DNA from: a virus
Virus record (IMG/VR): IMGVR_UViG_3300039074_000056
Location: 1-64,000 of that record
Length of the DNA: 64,000 nt
Strand: one strand, 5' to 3'
Shown one piece after another: positions 37,450 through 46,790 of the stretch. The notes under the pieces were generated by a model. That model was not told where the DNA came from, searched no databases, and saw nothing but the letters and a program-made list of their open reading frames with translations. The translations under genes and the position numbers were made by a program. How positions within the stretch are numbered: the first letter of the stretch is position 1; every line of letters starts with the position of its first letter.

Positions 37450-37530
37450 GAGTTAAAAATGCCAAAAATTAATAAATCAGCAGTCAGTAATACATACCTT
37501 GTAAGTTACATATTTATGGAATAACAATAT

Positions 37531-38385
37531 ATGCTACTAGCAACACTTTCAGCAATAGCTCTACCACTACTAGATAGGATGCGCGGAGCAACAAAACCAC
37601 CATTCCCGCGTCCTATTGTCAAAGCACTAATGGCTCTAGCTTGTCTAGCTGCTCTGTTGCAAACATTAGCTTTCCCTTGGCAAGTTTTAGTATTATTTGT
37701 CATTGGGCACATGATAGGTGAATCTTTCGGCTGGGGTGCAGCAATAGGCTCTGGTTTAAGGGATGTAAGCATGGAGCAATGGCGAATTAACAGAGTAGGT
37801 TCGCCAGAAAGAAAGCCAGAATGGTATGTTAGGATTCCAATCATTAACTACTCTTGGCAAACAGCTTTATTGTTTCGCGGGGTGCTGTGGTCTTTACTCC
37901 CAGCTCTTGTTCTCTTGCATTTTATAGGGGTGTTGCCTGCATTAATCCTTCTAGTCAGTCACTCGATTGGCATGGTAGGCGGCATCTACGCGCAACGCAT
38001 CATGGTGGGTAAGGATGGGGCGCTGATGAAGGTTATTAGCAAGCTCTCCATGACCGGCTTCACGGCTGACGACCGATGGGCTTGCCAAGAAGCCTATCGT
38101 GGCATGATCGTGGCGGCTGTGCTGTTAGCTGGTTCATGTTTTATCTCGTTGCCAGAAAAGGCTCCTGCAAAGATTGTTGCCCCAGCTCTAGTTATTAAGC
38201 AGACACCACCAGCTCCTGTAACCCCTGTACAAACTATCGTTAAAGAAATTGTCATCAAAGAAAAGATTGTATTTGTTGACAAAATCATTAAAGCACCTGT
38301 ACAAGAACGCCCTGTCTCAGAAGTAAAGTCTACTTGTAGTATTACCTCCATGACACCGGAAGAAGCTCTAGCATATAAAGAATAA
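37531..38385 (+). CDS. multi-pass membrane protein
   Basis: several hydrophobic segments, 'DRMRG' near the N-terminus, Pro/Val/Lys-rich tail. Confidence 0.6.
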   Translation: MLLATLSAIALPLLDRMRGATKPPFPRPIVKALMALACLAALLQTLAFPWQVLVLFVIGHMIGESFGWGAAIGSGLRDVSMEQWRINRVGSPERKPEWYVRIPIINYSWQTALLFRGVLWSLLPALVLLHFIGVLPALILLVSHSIGMVGGIYAQRIMVGKDGALMKVISKLSMTGFTADDRWACQEAYRGMIVAAVLLAGSCFISLPEKAPAKIVAPALVIKQTPPAPVTPVQTIVKEIVIKEKIVFVDKIIKAPVQERPVSEVKSTCSITSMTPEEALAYKE

Positions 38386-38410
38386 TACTTACTCAGAAGA
38401 GGGGTGTTGT

Positions 38411-38818
38411 ATGAATAGTAAGATATTTGTTATTTGTGTTGCACTTCTCTTATCTCCTGCTTCACACGCAGGAGAAGAGGATAAGCTATTAAGCTTTAGT
38501 TTCTCTTTTGGTTTTGGTGCTTCTTTTGGGATGATTTATTCTCCTCAGAAGGCATGTGCCATAGCCCTTCTTCCGGGTATTGCGAAAGAGATATACAACA
38601 AACTAGACAAAGGCTTGTTCAGCTTTCAAGATGTTGTTGTAGATGGTATAGGAGGCTGTGTTGGAGCTTATGCTGCTAATAGATTCTCTAAGCAATACAA
38701 GAAGTATAAGCAACTTGAAGAAGAACAAAAACCTGCTAGTGCGCCCACTGTCGTAAAAGAAGAGCTATCCCATAGAGATTGCCCAGATTCTTCAATCATT
38801 AGAGTTTGTAATAATTAG
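38411..38818 (+). CDS. membrane/secreted hypothetical protein (YfiM-like)
   Basis: signal peptide; 'EDK..', 'G.AKE.Y.', 'FS..D.V.D..G' pattern. Confidence 0.45.
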   Translation: MNSKIFVICVALLLSPASHAGEEDKLLSFSFSFGFGASFGMIYSPQKACAIALLPGIAKEIYNKLDKGLFSFQDVVVDGIGGCVGAYAANRFSKQYKKYKQLEEEQKPASAPTVVKEELSHRDCPDSSIIRVCNN

Positions 38819-38835
38819 TAACAAAGAGGTGAGGA

Positions 38836-39066
38836 ATGTTTGAATACTTAAAACAAGTAATTGCTGACGCAACAGGAAACCCGCGCTCTAATGTATTCAT
38901 TAGCGTATTAGCTGGCATTACATTATGCACAGGGTTTCTGTTCTCTGTTGGCTTTCTCGTAACAGGCAATGCTATTAGCGATGCTGTTGTCCTAGGTTTG
39001 GCAGGTATTATTGCTGGCTTAGCCGGACATAACTATCGTGTAGCGAAGAAACAAGAAACCAAGTAA
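38836..39066 (+). CDS. small two-TM membrane protein (holin candidate)
   Basis: two hydrophobic helices, basic C-terminus. Confidence 0.5.
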   Translation: MFEYLKQVIADATGNPRSNVFISVLAGITLCTGFLFSVGFLVTGNAISDAVVLGLAGIIAGLAGHNYRVAKKQETK

Positions 39067-39090
39067 TTTAAATTAATTAGGAAAAATAAA

Positions 39091-39369
39091 ATGGCAACGA
39101 TTGATACAGGCCCAAGTACACAAGGTGATGGTTATATAGTTCCGGCTATGCCCTCTCATGCATTTAGCGTAACGAAGTCTGATGTAGATGTTTTTATTCA
39201 TGGTATTCACATTTACGTAGGAACCAGCGGAGATGTTGCTGTTGTTCCAGAAAATGACAATACCTCCGTAGTATTTAAAAACTTTCCATCTGGCCTTGTC
39301 CTGCCAGTAAAAGTAAAGAAAGTTTTGTCTACTGGGACAACAGCTAGTGATTTGGTGGGGGTAAGCTGA
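39091..39369 (+). CDS. head spike base protein (RcGTA Rcc01079-like)
   Basis: 'AF.VT.SD......IYVG..GDV.V......V.F...P.G..LPV.V.KV..TGTTA..LV'. Confidence 0.75.
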   Translation: MATIDTGPSTQGDGYIVPAMPSHAFSVTKSDVDVFIHGIHIYVGTSGDVAVVPENDNTSVVFKNFPSGLVLPVKVKKVLSTGTTASDLVGVS

Positions 39370-39509
39370 TGCTGGGACTTTACCTCGGATTAACTATGTA
39401 TTCTTCTGTATATGGTGGTTTTGCCGCCGCTTATGGTGAATATCTTTTTGTAAATAATAATAATGACTACCTAGAGATTAACTCTGGTGGTGATTTCTTA
39501 ACAACGTAA
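39369..39509 (+). CDS. 46-aa head-spike adaptor peptide (not in ORF track)
   Basis: TGATG overlap with the spike base; MLGLYLGLTMYSSVYGGFAAAYGEYLFVNNNNDYLEINSGGDFLTT; N-terminus resembles the 'LGLGL' start of head-spike fibres. Confidence 0.6.
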   Translation: MLGLYLGLTMYSSVYGGFAAAYGEYLFVNNNNDYLEINSGGDFLTT

Positions 39510-39519
39510 GGAGATTCTT

Positions 39520-41751
39520 ATGGCTGGGGTAAAGGTTAATCAACTCCCTGTAGCAGCAACCCCTGTTTTGCTGACAGATACGGTACTCCTCTCTAGGGAT
39601 GGAGTACAGCTTAATAAAGGTACAGTGGCAAGCCTTGGGGATGCTATCCCTATTGTGAAATATGCCGCCACAAAGTCCGCAGGCGACACACTATCCGCTT
39701 CGTTGCCTGATGGGGTGACGGTTATTACAGACGAAGATGAAGCCGCCACTCCTATTGGTGTGCAGACTCGGCGCACTGTGTTGAGTGGCGCGCTAACAGC
39801 CATCGCGTCATTTCTTAAAACATCAATGATTGCGTGGAAGCATGGCGGCACTGGCGCTGTTTGGCGCACGCTTTATGCTAGGTTGAATGACCTGCCTGTT
39901 AGCGTGAAGGATTTTGGTGTGTCTGGAAATGGGTCTGATGAAACAGCTAATTTTTCTCTTGCTTTACAGTCGTCTAGTGGTCTTATATTGGATGGCTGCG
40001 GCCTAACTGTTCGTGTGGACGCGGCAATTGTTTCTACAGCAGAAAATATCACAATTAAAAATCTAACTTTAGATTTTTCCAGCGCCCCTAATATATCTGC
40101 TGACGCAGACTTCATGCTTACATTCAGAGGCAGCCAAGGATCACAAGTCTTGGTAACAACAGATGTTCAATCGGGCTTTGCTATTATTCAGGTCGCAAAT
40201 TCAGCTTCGTTTTTATCTGATGGGTATGCGTGGTTGGAGAGTGACGCTGAGTTTGCAACCGGCTCCACAACCGGGCAAGTAGTAAAAATAAAGTCAGTAG
40301 ATTCTTCGACACAAATAACATTATACAGTGATGTTCTATACGACTTTAATGTAGCAGATTCTGCAAGAATTTCCCCTTTATCTCTTAGGGAAAATATTGT
40401 TTTACAAAATGTAAAAGTTATTGGCGCAAACACAAACAAACAATCTGCGGTAAATTTTGAGTTTTGCTATGCGCCAAAAGTTCATGATAGCTTTTTTTCT
40501 TATGTCGATCTTATTTCAATCCGCGCTAAAAGATGTGTGTATCCTTCGTTCACACAAAACAATATGGTACACACTAGGGATTCTGCGTTGGGTTATGGTG
40601 TAGCTATTGTAGATGGATGTTACGCAGCTAATGCATCTAAAAACACTGGCGAGGACATGAGGCATCTCGTGACTTTCGGTGGAGACAGTGGCGTAAACAT
40701 TTTTTGCACAGCCGAAGGAAATTTCGGATCAGGCATGAAAGACGCAGGTATTGATGCACACCCGTCAACAGATTTCACAAAGTTTGTCGGAAATACCATA
40801 GAAGGGGTTTACTCGTCAGCATCGCCTACTCCAAGGGATGGCATCATATATCAAGGCGCAAACCCAACAATCATTGGAAACTATATTATTGGCGCGTATG
40901 TGAGAGCTATTGCAGTGGAGCATTACGCAAAGATCGGAAAATCGACTATATTGGTTGCGGATAACCACATAAAAAACACAGGGGACGCCGGTACAACATC
41001 GGTTGGTATCAGCGTAGAGTCTGAGCAGTCAGGAACTACTGATATTATTGGTTTGGCCATAGGTGGTAATGTAATTGGCGGAGATAATGACCATGCTATC
41101 TTCTTAAAAGCAGAAACAAGTAGCATTAAAAATCTATCAATATGCAATAATGTAGGCGAAAGCCCCACCGATAGTTTTAGTATTTACTTTCAAGCATCTG
41201 CTTCGGAGAGTATTACAAACTTTGCTATTAATGGAAATATTCTTGAATCTACTGGGGCATCCTGCGTTCACCTTGCGGCTGATTCACTATCAGGAATCAG
41301 CCTTGGAACTATTTCTGGAAATAATCTAAAGGCAATTAATTATGCAATTCGTTATATAAATTGTAGCGAAATAGTTGAGCGCAGCAATATCCTTAAAGCA
41401 TCAACAAATATAAACTTTGTTGATTCTGGTTCTTTTGACATAAACATAGATAGAAGCTACCGAGGAATAAGAACAACAACAAATAGCGCATCAACGGTCG
41501 CTGAGATTGATAGCTATATTATCGTCAATAGAGCAGGTACGCACACCATGACGCTACCAAGCCCCAGTGTGTACCCAAATAGAGAGCTGACAGTAAAAAC
41601 CATTCAGGCGCAGCAAGTAATATCATCTAGCTCAAATGTGGCGCCAATTGATTCGGCTTCCGTAGGGCAATCCATCCTGCCAGCAGTGGCTGGTTCTTGG
41701 GCATTGTTGAAAAGCAACGGATCAAATTGGGTAATTATGCAAAAAGGATAA
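39520..41751 (+). CDS. right-handed beta-helix spike/depolymerase-like protein
   Basis: 'VSVKDFG..G.G.DET..F..A' pectate-lyase-like start; repeated 'I.GN.I' rungs. Confidence 0.8.
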   Translation: MAGVKVNQLPVAATPVLLTDTVLLSRDGVQLNKGTVASLGDAIPIVKYAATKSAGDTLSASLPDGVTVITDEDEAATPIGVQTRRTVLSGALTAIASFLKTSMIAWKHGGTGAVWRTLYARLNDLPVSVKDFGVSGNGSDETANFSLALQSSSGLILDGCGLTVRVDAAIVSTAENITIKNLTLDFSSAPNISADADFMLTFRGSQGSQVLVTTDVQSGFAIIQVANSASFLSDGYAWLESDAEFATGSTTGQVVKIKSVDSSTQITLYSDVLYDFNVADSARISPLSLRENIVLQNVKVIGANTNKQSAVNFEFCYAPKVHDSFFSYVDLISIRAKRCVYPSFTQNNMVHTRDSALGYGVAIVDGCYAANASKNTGEDMRHLVTFGGDSGVNIFCTAEGNFGSGMKDAGIDAHPSTDFTKFVGNTIEGVYSSASPTPRDGIIYQGANPTIIGNYIIGAYVRAIAVEHYAKIGKSTILVADNHIKNTGDAGTTSVGISVESEQSGTTDIIGLAIGGNVIGGDNDHAIFLKAETSSIKNLSICNNVGESPTDSFSIYFQASASESITNFAINGNILESTGASCVHLAADSLSGISLGTISGNNLKAINYAIRYINCSEIVERSNILKASTNINFVDSGSFDINIDRSYRGIRTTTNSASTVAEIDSYIIVNRAGTHTMTLPSPSVYPNRELTVKTIQAQQVISSSSNVAPIDSASVGQSILPAVAGSWALLKSNGSNWVIMQKG

Positions 41752-41757
41752 CCACAT

Positions 41758-41820
41758 ATGAAATGGATGGATGAAGCACGCCGCCACGTCGGTCTAAAAG
41801 AAACCAACGAGGGTTTTTAA
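41758..41820 (+). pseudogene. 5' stump resembling a TIGR02594-family wall hydrolase
   Basis: MKWMDEARRHVGLKETNEGF*; compare the typical 'W..EAR..IGLKE' N-terminus. Confidence 0.55.
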
Positions 41821-41868
41821 ATGATCAACTCACGTGACCTAAAAGAACTACTACCATTGAGGGTATGA
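41821..41868 (+). pseudogene. 5' stump resembling an M15 (L-Ala-D-Glu) peptidase endolysin
   Basis: MINSRDLKELLP..*; compare the typical 'MINSR.L.DL.P' start. Confidence 0.5.
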
Positions 41869-41869
41869 T

Positions 41870-41899
41870 ATGAACCTATCCGCGAATTTCACACTTGAC
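41870..41899 (+). pseudogene. 5' stump resembling a peptidase M15A endolysin
   Basis: MNLSANFTLD then loss of similarity; compare the typical 'M.LS.NFTL.E' start. Confidence 0.55.
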
Positions 41900-41963
41900 A
41901 ACCAACACAGCTGGAGCCAACACCCAATGGGTGTTGGTACACCAAATAAACAGGAGGTAAGTC

Positions 41964-42569
41964 GTGCTGACCAAAGAAACACTTCAGCAGATCGCCCCTA
42001 AAGCAAAAGATATTGATAAGCTGCTAGAAGCTCTTCTTACCTACATGCCTAAGTTTGGTATTGACAGTAAGAACGAGATTGCTATGTTCTTAGCTCAAGC
42101 TTGCCATGAATCAGCTCATTTCACAGCATTCTCTGAGAACTTAAACTACTCTGCTAAAGGCTTACGCAATACATGGCCTTCTCGTTTCCCATCAGACACT
42201 ATTGCTAATAAATATGCTAGACAGCCACGCGCTATTGCCAACTATGTATATGCTGGTAGGTATGGTAATGGTGGTGAATCTAGTGGCGATGGGTGGAACT
42301 ATCGCGGGAAGGGGCTGTTCCAGACAACTTTTAAGGCTAACTACATTGCTTTAGAAAAAGCAACAGGAATTAAGTGCGTAGCTAATCCAGACCTACTCAC
42401 TCAGATTCCTGAAGCTGTCATTGCTGCCTGTTACTTCTGGCAATCAAACAAGCTGTCTGCTTCAGCAGAAAAACAAGATGTAAAAGCTAACACAAAGATT
42501 CTAAATGGCGGGGCTATTGGCCTAGCTGATAGACAAGCTTTGTTTAACAAGATAATTAAACTACTGTAA
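41964..42569 (+). CDS. endolysin, glycoside hydrolase family 19
   Basis: 'MFLAQ..HES..F...ENLNYSA', 'GDGW.YRG.G..Q.T...NY', 'TK..NGG..GL.DR'; SD AGGAGG. Confidence 0.93.
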   Translation: MLTKETLQQIAPKAKDIDKLLEALLTYMPKFGIDSKNEIAMFLAQACHESAHFTAFSENLNYSAKGLRNTWPSRFPSDTIANKYARQPRAIANYVYAGRYGNGGESSGDGWNYRGKGLFQTTFKANYIALEKATGIKCVANPDLLTQIPEAVIAACYFWQSNKLSASAEKQDVKANTKILNGGAIGLADRQALFNKIIKLL

Positions 42570-42590
42570 TTTGATGTAAGGAGAGCGAGG

Positions 42591-43043
42591 GTGTCTGAAA
42601 CGCAAGAGAAGTACGGGCAAGAAAAAATTGCATCTATTGAACAAAAATTAGGATTCTTTGATTTTCGTCTTACGAAGAGCGAAGCAATCTTAGAAAAAAT
42701 TGAAGAAAACCTCTCAAAGATTACAATTCTAATTGAGAAACATCAAGTATTACGAGAAGACCTCACTATTCTTGAAAAGAAAGTAGATACTCGTACAGCT
42801 AAAACAGACCCAATTATTAATATGGCTGAAAGAACTGTTGGCAAGATTCAAGGAGCTGGTTTAGTTATCACTATGTTTCTAGGGTTGCTGACATGGATTG
42901 GCGCAGGAGTTGTTGATAGGGTTGTTGTTCTTGAGAAAGACCACAAGGATATTGAGCTTCGAGTGCAAAAGAATGAAGGTGAGCTACACGCTCACATGGT
43001 ACAAGACCAAGTACAACATGAAGCAGAACAAGCTGAGGAATAA
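42591..43043 (+). CDS. coiled-coil single-TM lysis-cassette protein (holin/antiholin candidate)
   Basis: between endolysin and spanins; one TM segment. Confidence 0.5.
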   Translation: MSETQEKYGQEKIASIEQKLGFFDFRLTKSEAILEKIEENLSKITILIEKHQVLREDLTILEKKVDTRTAKTDPIINMAERTVGKIQGAGLVITMFLGLLTWIGAGVVDRVVVLEKDHKDIELRVQKNEGELHAHMVQDQVQHEAEQAEE

Positions 43044-43047
43044 AACT

Positions 43048-43434
43048 ATGCCACCATTTCTATTGAAACTTATTATGAATAAATATGTCATCATTGGTGT
43101 GGTGGCACTATCTTTATTCTTGTATGTTAAGCATCTTAATACAAGCTTGTCTAAGGCACGAAAAGAGCTGACTCTTCACACCCAGACGATTAAGGAGCAA
43201 ACGCTTCTCCTTGATGCTCGTGAGAAGGCTTACAGCCATCAAACTAAAGCATTAGAAGTGCTATCTAAGCAAAAGAAAGATGTTGTTGTAAAAGTGGAAG
43301 AAAGAGTCAAACAAATTGTTAAGTTGGAGAAAATCTATGTTAGTAAAGATAATCAGTGTAGCTTGTCTGATGACGCTTATCGGATGCTCTCCGACAGTTA
43401 TAATGAAGCCAATGGTAGTCCTGCCGCCAAGTGA
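43048..43434 (+). CDS. Rz-like inner-membrane spanin
   Basis: N-terminal TM, coiled coil, C-terminal Cys; overlaps the lipoprotein gene. Confidence 0.75.
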   Translation: MPPFLLKLIMNKYVIIGVVALSLFLYVKHLNTSLSKARKELTLHTQTIKEQTLLLDAREKAYSHQTKALEVLSKQKKDVVVKVEERVKQIVKLEKIYVSKDNQCSLSDDAYRMLSDSYNEANGSPAAK

Positions 43435-43597
43435 AATGCTTGTGAGATGTGAAGCTTATCCTGTGAAGGATAAAGAGATAGCTTCTTTAGTAGAAGCGCA
43501 GGTGAGGAACTACGGAGCTATTCAATCCTGTAACACACAGATTGAAGCTATTGAATCTTTCCTGCTGAAACAGAAAGAGATTTACGAAAAGAAATAA
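43337..43597 (+). CDS. Rz1-like outer-membrane lipoprotein spanin
   Basis: lipobox 'LIGC', 'PP...L..C', 'CN.QI.AI'; overlapped with Rz. Confidence 0.8.
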   Translation: MLVKIISVACLMTLIGCSPTVIMKPMVVLPPSEMLVRCEAYPVKDKEIASLVEAQVRNYGAIQSCNTQIEAIESFLLKQKEIYEKK

Positions 43598-43669
43598 AGC
43601 TCATCCATGAGCTAAAGAAATAACAATAACTATAAAGAATCATGCTGTGAAGCATGTTCTCCTCGGAAT

Positions 43670-43697
43670 GGGGCGTTAGCCGCCCCTATTTTATTTT
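43670..43697 (+). terminator. intrinsic terminator at the convergence of the late and replication blocks
   Basis: GGGGCG/CGCCCC + TATTTTATTTT. Confidence 0.75.
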
Positions 43698-45433
43698 TAC
43701 TGGCAACTTTCGCAGTCAGTAATTCGCGTCACATCCCCTGCTCCACGCATAGAGTAGATGTAGTACAAACTCAAGATGTTTTCATTTAAGAAAGCCATGC
43801 GATGAATTTGTGCAATATACTCCTCGCTGTCATTACTTGTGAAGTACAAGTTAATTGATTGCTGTTGGTCAATATACTTTTGACGACTTGCCGCAAGAAT
43901 AATAACCCACTTCATATCAATTTCAAAAGCTGTTCTAAACACAGCCTTCTCATGCTCAGTCAACCAACCTTCTTTCTGAATACTCCCCTTTGCTCGCGCA
44001 ATTCGTTCAACAGTATCGGGATTGTAGACACCTCGCTCTTTCATCAAAGCAAGCAGCACTTTGTTAATCTTAAAAATCTCACCACCTGCTGTCTGTTTAG
44101 TATAGACCATAGCAGTGTCAAGACCAATACCCTCTGAACACGAAGCGGCTAGTTCGCTGGTTGATTTAGTTGGCGGCATCATTAACCGTGTCGCATTTCT
44201 AATACCAAGCCCTAGACAACCTTCTGGCTCCCCCATAACCTCTGCAAGCCATTCAGTAGCTTCTTTGCTATCCCTATCAAGCTTAGAGAAAATCTCTTGG
44301 TTAAGGAAGATACTTTCCATATCACCAACAACAATTCGTCGCTTCTGAAACAGAGTGTGTAAGCCAAGTACACCACTGCCCAGAGCACGGAACTCTTTAG
44401 TGAAGCGGTAAATCTTAGACATAGCCTTTTTATCATACTCACTCATAGCTTCCATGCACTCTAAGTATTCGCTAATGTTGCAATCGGACATTACTTGCCC
44501 AATGAATACTAAATGCTCAGGCCAACGATCATAAAGCTCCAAATTGTAATTCAAAATCACGCAGGAGAATGTGTAATTTTCATCTGCTGGGAGACATGTC
44601 TCTTGGCAAAGATTGCTTGCCTTTACTGTTAAACCTTTTCTCTTAAACGCTTCTGCTAAGTGCCGGTTCATCTTATCAATAAAAGTATAATACCCCTTAC
44701 CTTTTGGCATCTTAACAGAGAGAGTATCAGCTAAACGCTGCATTGCACCTTCATCTTCTTGCTGAAGCTTCTCAACAAAACCGTCTTTAATAAGCCATCC
44801 CAAATTGTTGCCTTCTGGGTCTTTGTACAATAAGTTCAGTGCCTTCAAAGCGTCACCATGTTCAATATCCAAGCTATATGCTAGGCTACCACGACGACTA
44901 CCTTGTGTTACTTCCGACATGCAATTAACAAAATCACGAATCAGAGGGATAACACCCTTGCTATGACCTCCACGAGCCAACTTAGCTCCCTCACAAGGCC
45001 AGTCATCTACGCTGTAACTTGTACCATGTCCGTGCTTGGTAAGAACGGCTGCCTCTGTAATGGCATTGTAGCGGTCAAACAAATTGTTTCCAACATAGCC
45101 ACCAGCACAACTCACTGTCGTACCGCGCTTTCGCAGACCAGCGTTTGCAAACATTGGTGTACTTGGAATTACCAACCCATCCCAAAGAACATTAAAGAAA
45201 ACATCTTCCCAAGTCTTGCCTGCTGTGTATGTATCAACATTCCACCAGCTAGGGTATTCTTTTGGTGCATGTTTTGCCATAGTCTTCGCAACAGTTTTCC
45301 AACGGCGCTTTGGAGTCTCTTTACGATAAGAATACTTTTCGTAGAATAATTGAAGTCCTCCTGTCGAGTACCATTCAGGAACTTCTTGTTCTGCCGTCAA
45401 CTGCTTTCGTAGCGCAGAGTAATCAACACTCAT
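43697..45433 (-). CDS. nrdA: ribonucleotide reductase class I alpha subunit
   Basis: 'PSTP', 'VSC', 'SNLCQE', 'PT.STS', 'SLYY', C-terminal 'CESCQ'. Confidence 0.93.
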   Translation of the reverse strand: MSVDYSALRKQLTAEQEVPEWYSTGGLQLFYEKYSYRKETPKRRWKTVAKTMAKHAPKEYPSWWNVDTYTAGKTWEDVFFNVLWDGLVIPSTPMFANAGLRKRGTTVSCAGGYVGNNLFDRYNAITEAAVLTKHGHGTSYSVDDWPCEGAKLARGGHSKGVIPLIRDFVNCMSEVTQGSRRGSLAYSLDIEHGDALKALNLLYKDPEGNNLGWLIKDGFVEKLQQEDEGAMQRLADTLSVKMPKGKGYYTFIDKMNRHLAEAFKRKGLTVKASNLCQETCLPADENYTFSCVILNYNLELYDRWPEHLVFIGQVMSDCNISEYLECMEAMSEYDKKAMSKIYRFTKEFRALGSGVLGLHTLFQKRRIVVGDMESIFLNQEIFSKLDRDSKEATEWLAEVMGEPEGCLGLGIRNATRLMMPPTKSTSELAASCSEGIGLDTAMVYTKQTAGGEIFKINKVLLALMKERGVYNPDTVERIARAKGSIQKEGWLTEHEKAVFRTAFEIDMKWVIILAASRQKYIDQQQSINLYFTSNDSEEYIAQIHRMAFLNENILSLYYIYSMRGAGDVTRITDCESCQ

Positions 45434-46434
45434 TCATCTTCTCCTTTCTTTAATCCACGAACAAAACCGCTTGTATCCCAGCCAGACTCATACTCGTTAC
45501 CTACACCGGCAGTAAAGAAGTCAATGCTCTTGTAAGAGTAAGTACCTAACTCAAACCACTCCTTTACACTGCACTCTCCAATCTCAAAGAAGGGCGGCAA
45601 CTGCAATCGCTCTAAGTAGACATTAAGGCGAATCTTTACATACTCTTTGTATTCTTGTTTGGCAACTCTGTTAAAGTAGTCACTAGGAATAGCCAAGTCA
45701 ATAATACGACATTCGTGCTCAAAGACTTTTTGAACAGCCTCTTTAATCTTCTCGTACCGAACTACATCATCTACTAACTTTTCACCAAGTTCTTCATAAT
45801 AGGTGTTGATAATTTCAGCACTGATAATACCATGAAGGTCTTCATCAATAGCACTTTGGTTTGTGCCTCGTACAATCACAGGAATTAGATTATTACCGTT
45901 GCTTTGGAATGACTTTAGGATAGCAAAGGCACTAAAAAGCAAAGCTGTCTCTGTCATAGAAAATACAGCCACTGCAAGAATATCATCTTCATCTTCAAGC
46001 ACTTCACCAAGCCAATCTACGCGAGCTTTCAAATCTGGGTCTTTTGTATAAGCAGTGTAGTCCTTGTCACGATCAAGTCCAAGTACAACATTGATTTGAT
46101 TGTAAAACTCTGCATGTACAGCCAACTCAAACATTGTAACCACAGAAGCCACCAAAGCAACCTCTGGGCGAGGGAAAGCCTTTACAACACGACTTCCCCA
46201 AAACTCACCACCGACAATCAACTCATAGCGCAAGAAGATAGTGAGAACGGTCTTAACTGCGTGTAGTTGCTCTTCACTAAGTTCGTACTTCAATTGCATC
46301 TTGTCAAGCTCAACCTTCATTTCTGTGCTTGTCCAAAATTGATCTTCCAAATGCTCATTAGCCAACTCAACTAGACGGGGATAGTGCCGCCGATAGCTGT
46401 CTGTTGTTGTTCTAATTTTTGGTTGTTTCATCAA
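45430..46434 (-). CDS. nrdB: ribonucleotide reductase class I beta subunit
   Basis: 'FW...E', 'E.AVHA.FY', 'E...LFSAF..L', 'DE.LH', 'DFF'. Confidence 0.93.
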   Translation of the reverse strand: MMKQPKIRTTTDSYRRHYPRLVELANEHLEDQFWTSTEMKVELDKMQLKYELSEEQLHAVKTVLTIFLRYELIVGGEFWGSRVVKAFPRPEVALVASVVTMFELAVHAEFYNQINVVLGLDRDKDYTAYTKDPDLKARVDWLGEVLEDEDDILAVAVFSMTETALLFSAFAILKSFQSNGNNLIPVIVRGTNQSAIDEDLHGIISAEIINTYYEELGEKLVDDVVRYEKIKEAVQKVFEHECRIIDLAIPSDYFNRVAKQEYKEYVKIRLNVYLERLQLPPFFEIGECSVKEWFELGTYSYKSIDFFTAGVGNEYESGWDTSGFVRGLKKGEDE

Positions 46435-46790
46435 TCATTTTCCTTCTTTTCAGTGTTAACTTCCTTACTACCCTTTGTCATATTCCGAATCTCTTTCACA
46501 AGAGACTTGTCTTCGGAGTAAATACGACATTCGTGCGAGGAATTGCCTGACTCTCTCCAAAATTTGTCAATTCTCTCTAATCCTACAATACGATCAGTAA
46601 CGCAAACCCCACAAAGTTTGGTGCGAGTTTCTAATCCAGTTTGCAGTTCAATTCCATAATCAGTATCAAGTCCCAAATTATGCAACAAAGCACGAACATC
46701 ACCCTTATGGGTTTCCAACATACTTACCTCAAAATGAGGGACAATCTTCTTAATATCAGCTACGCAAATTACAATAATTGGACGGCTCAT
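46431..46790 (-). CDS. hypothetical protein
   Basis: ORF overlapping both neighbours. Confidence 0.6.
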   Translation of the reverse strand: MSRPIIVICVADIKKIVPHFEVSMLETHKGDVRALLHNLGLDTDYGIELQTGLETRTKLCGVCVTDRIVGLERIDKFWRESGNSSHECRIYSEDKSLVKEIRNMTKGSKEVNTEKKEND

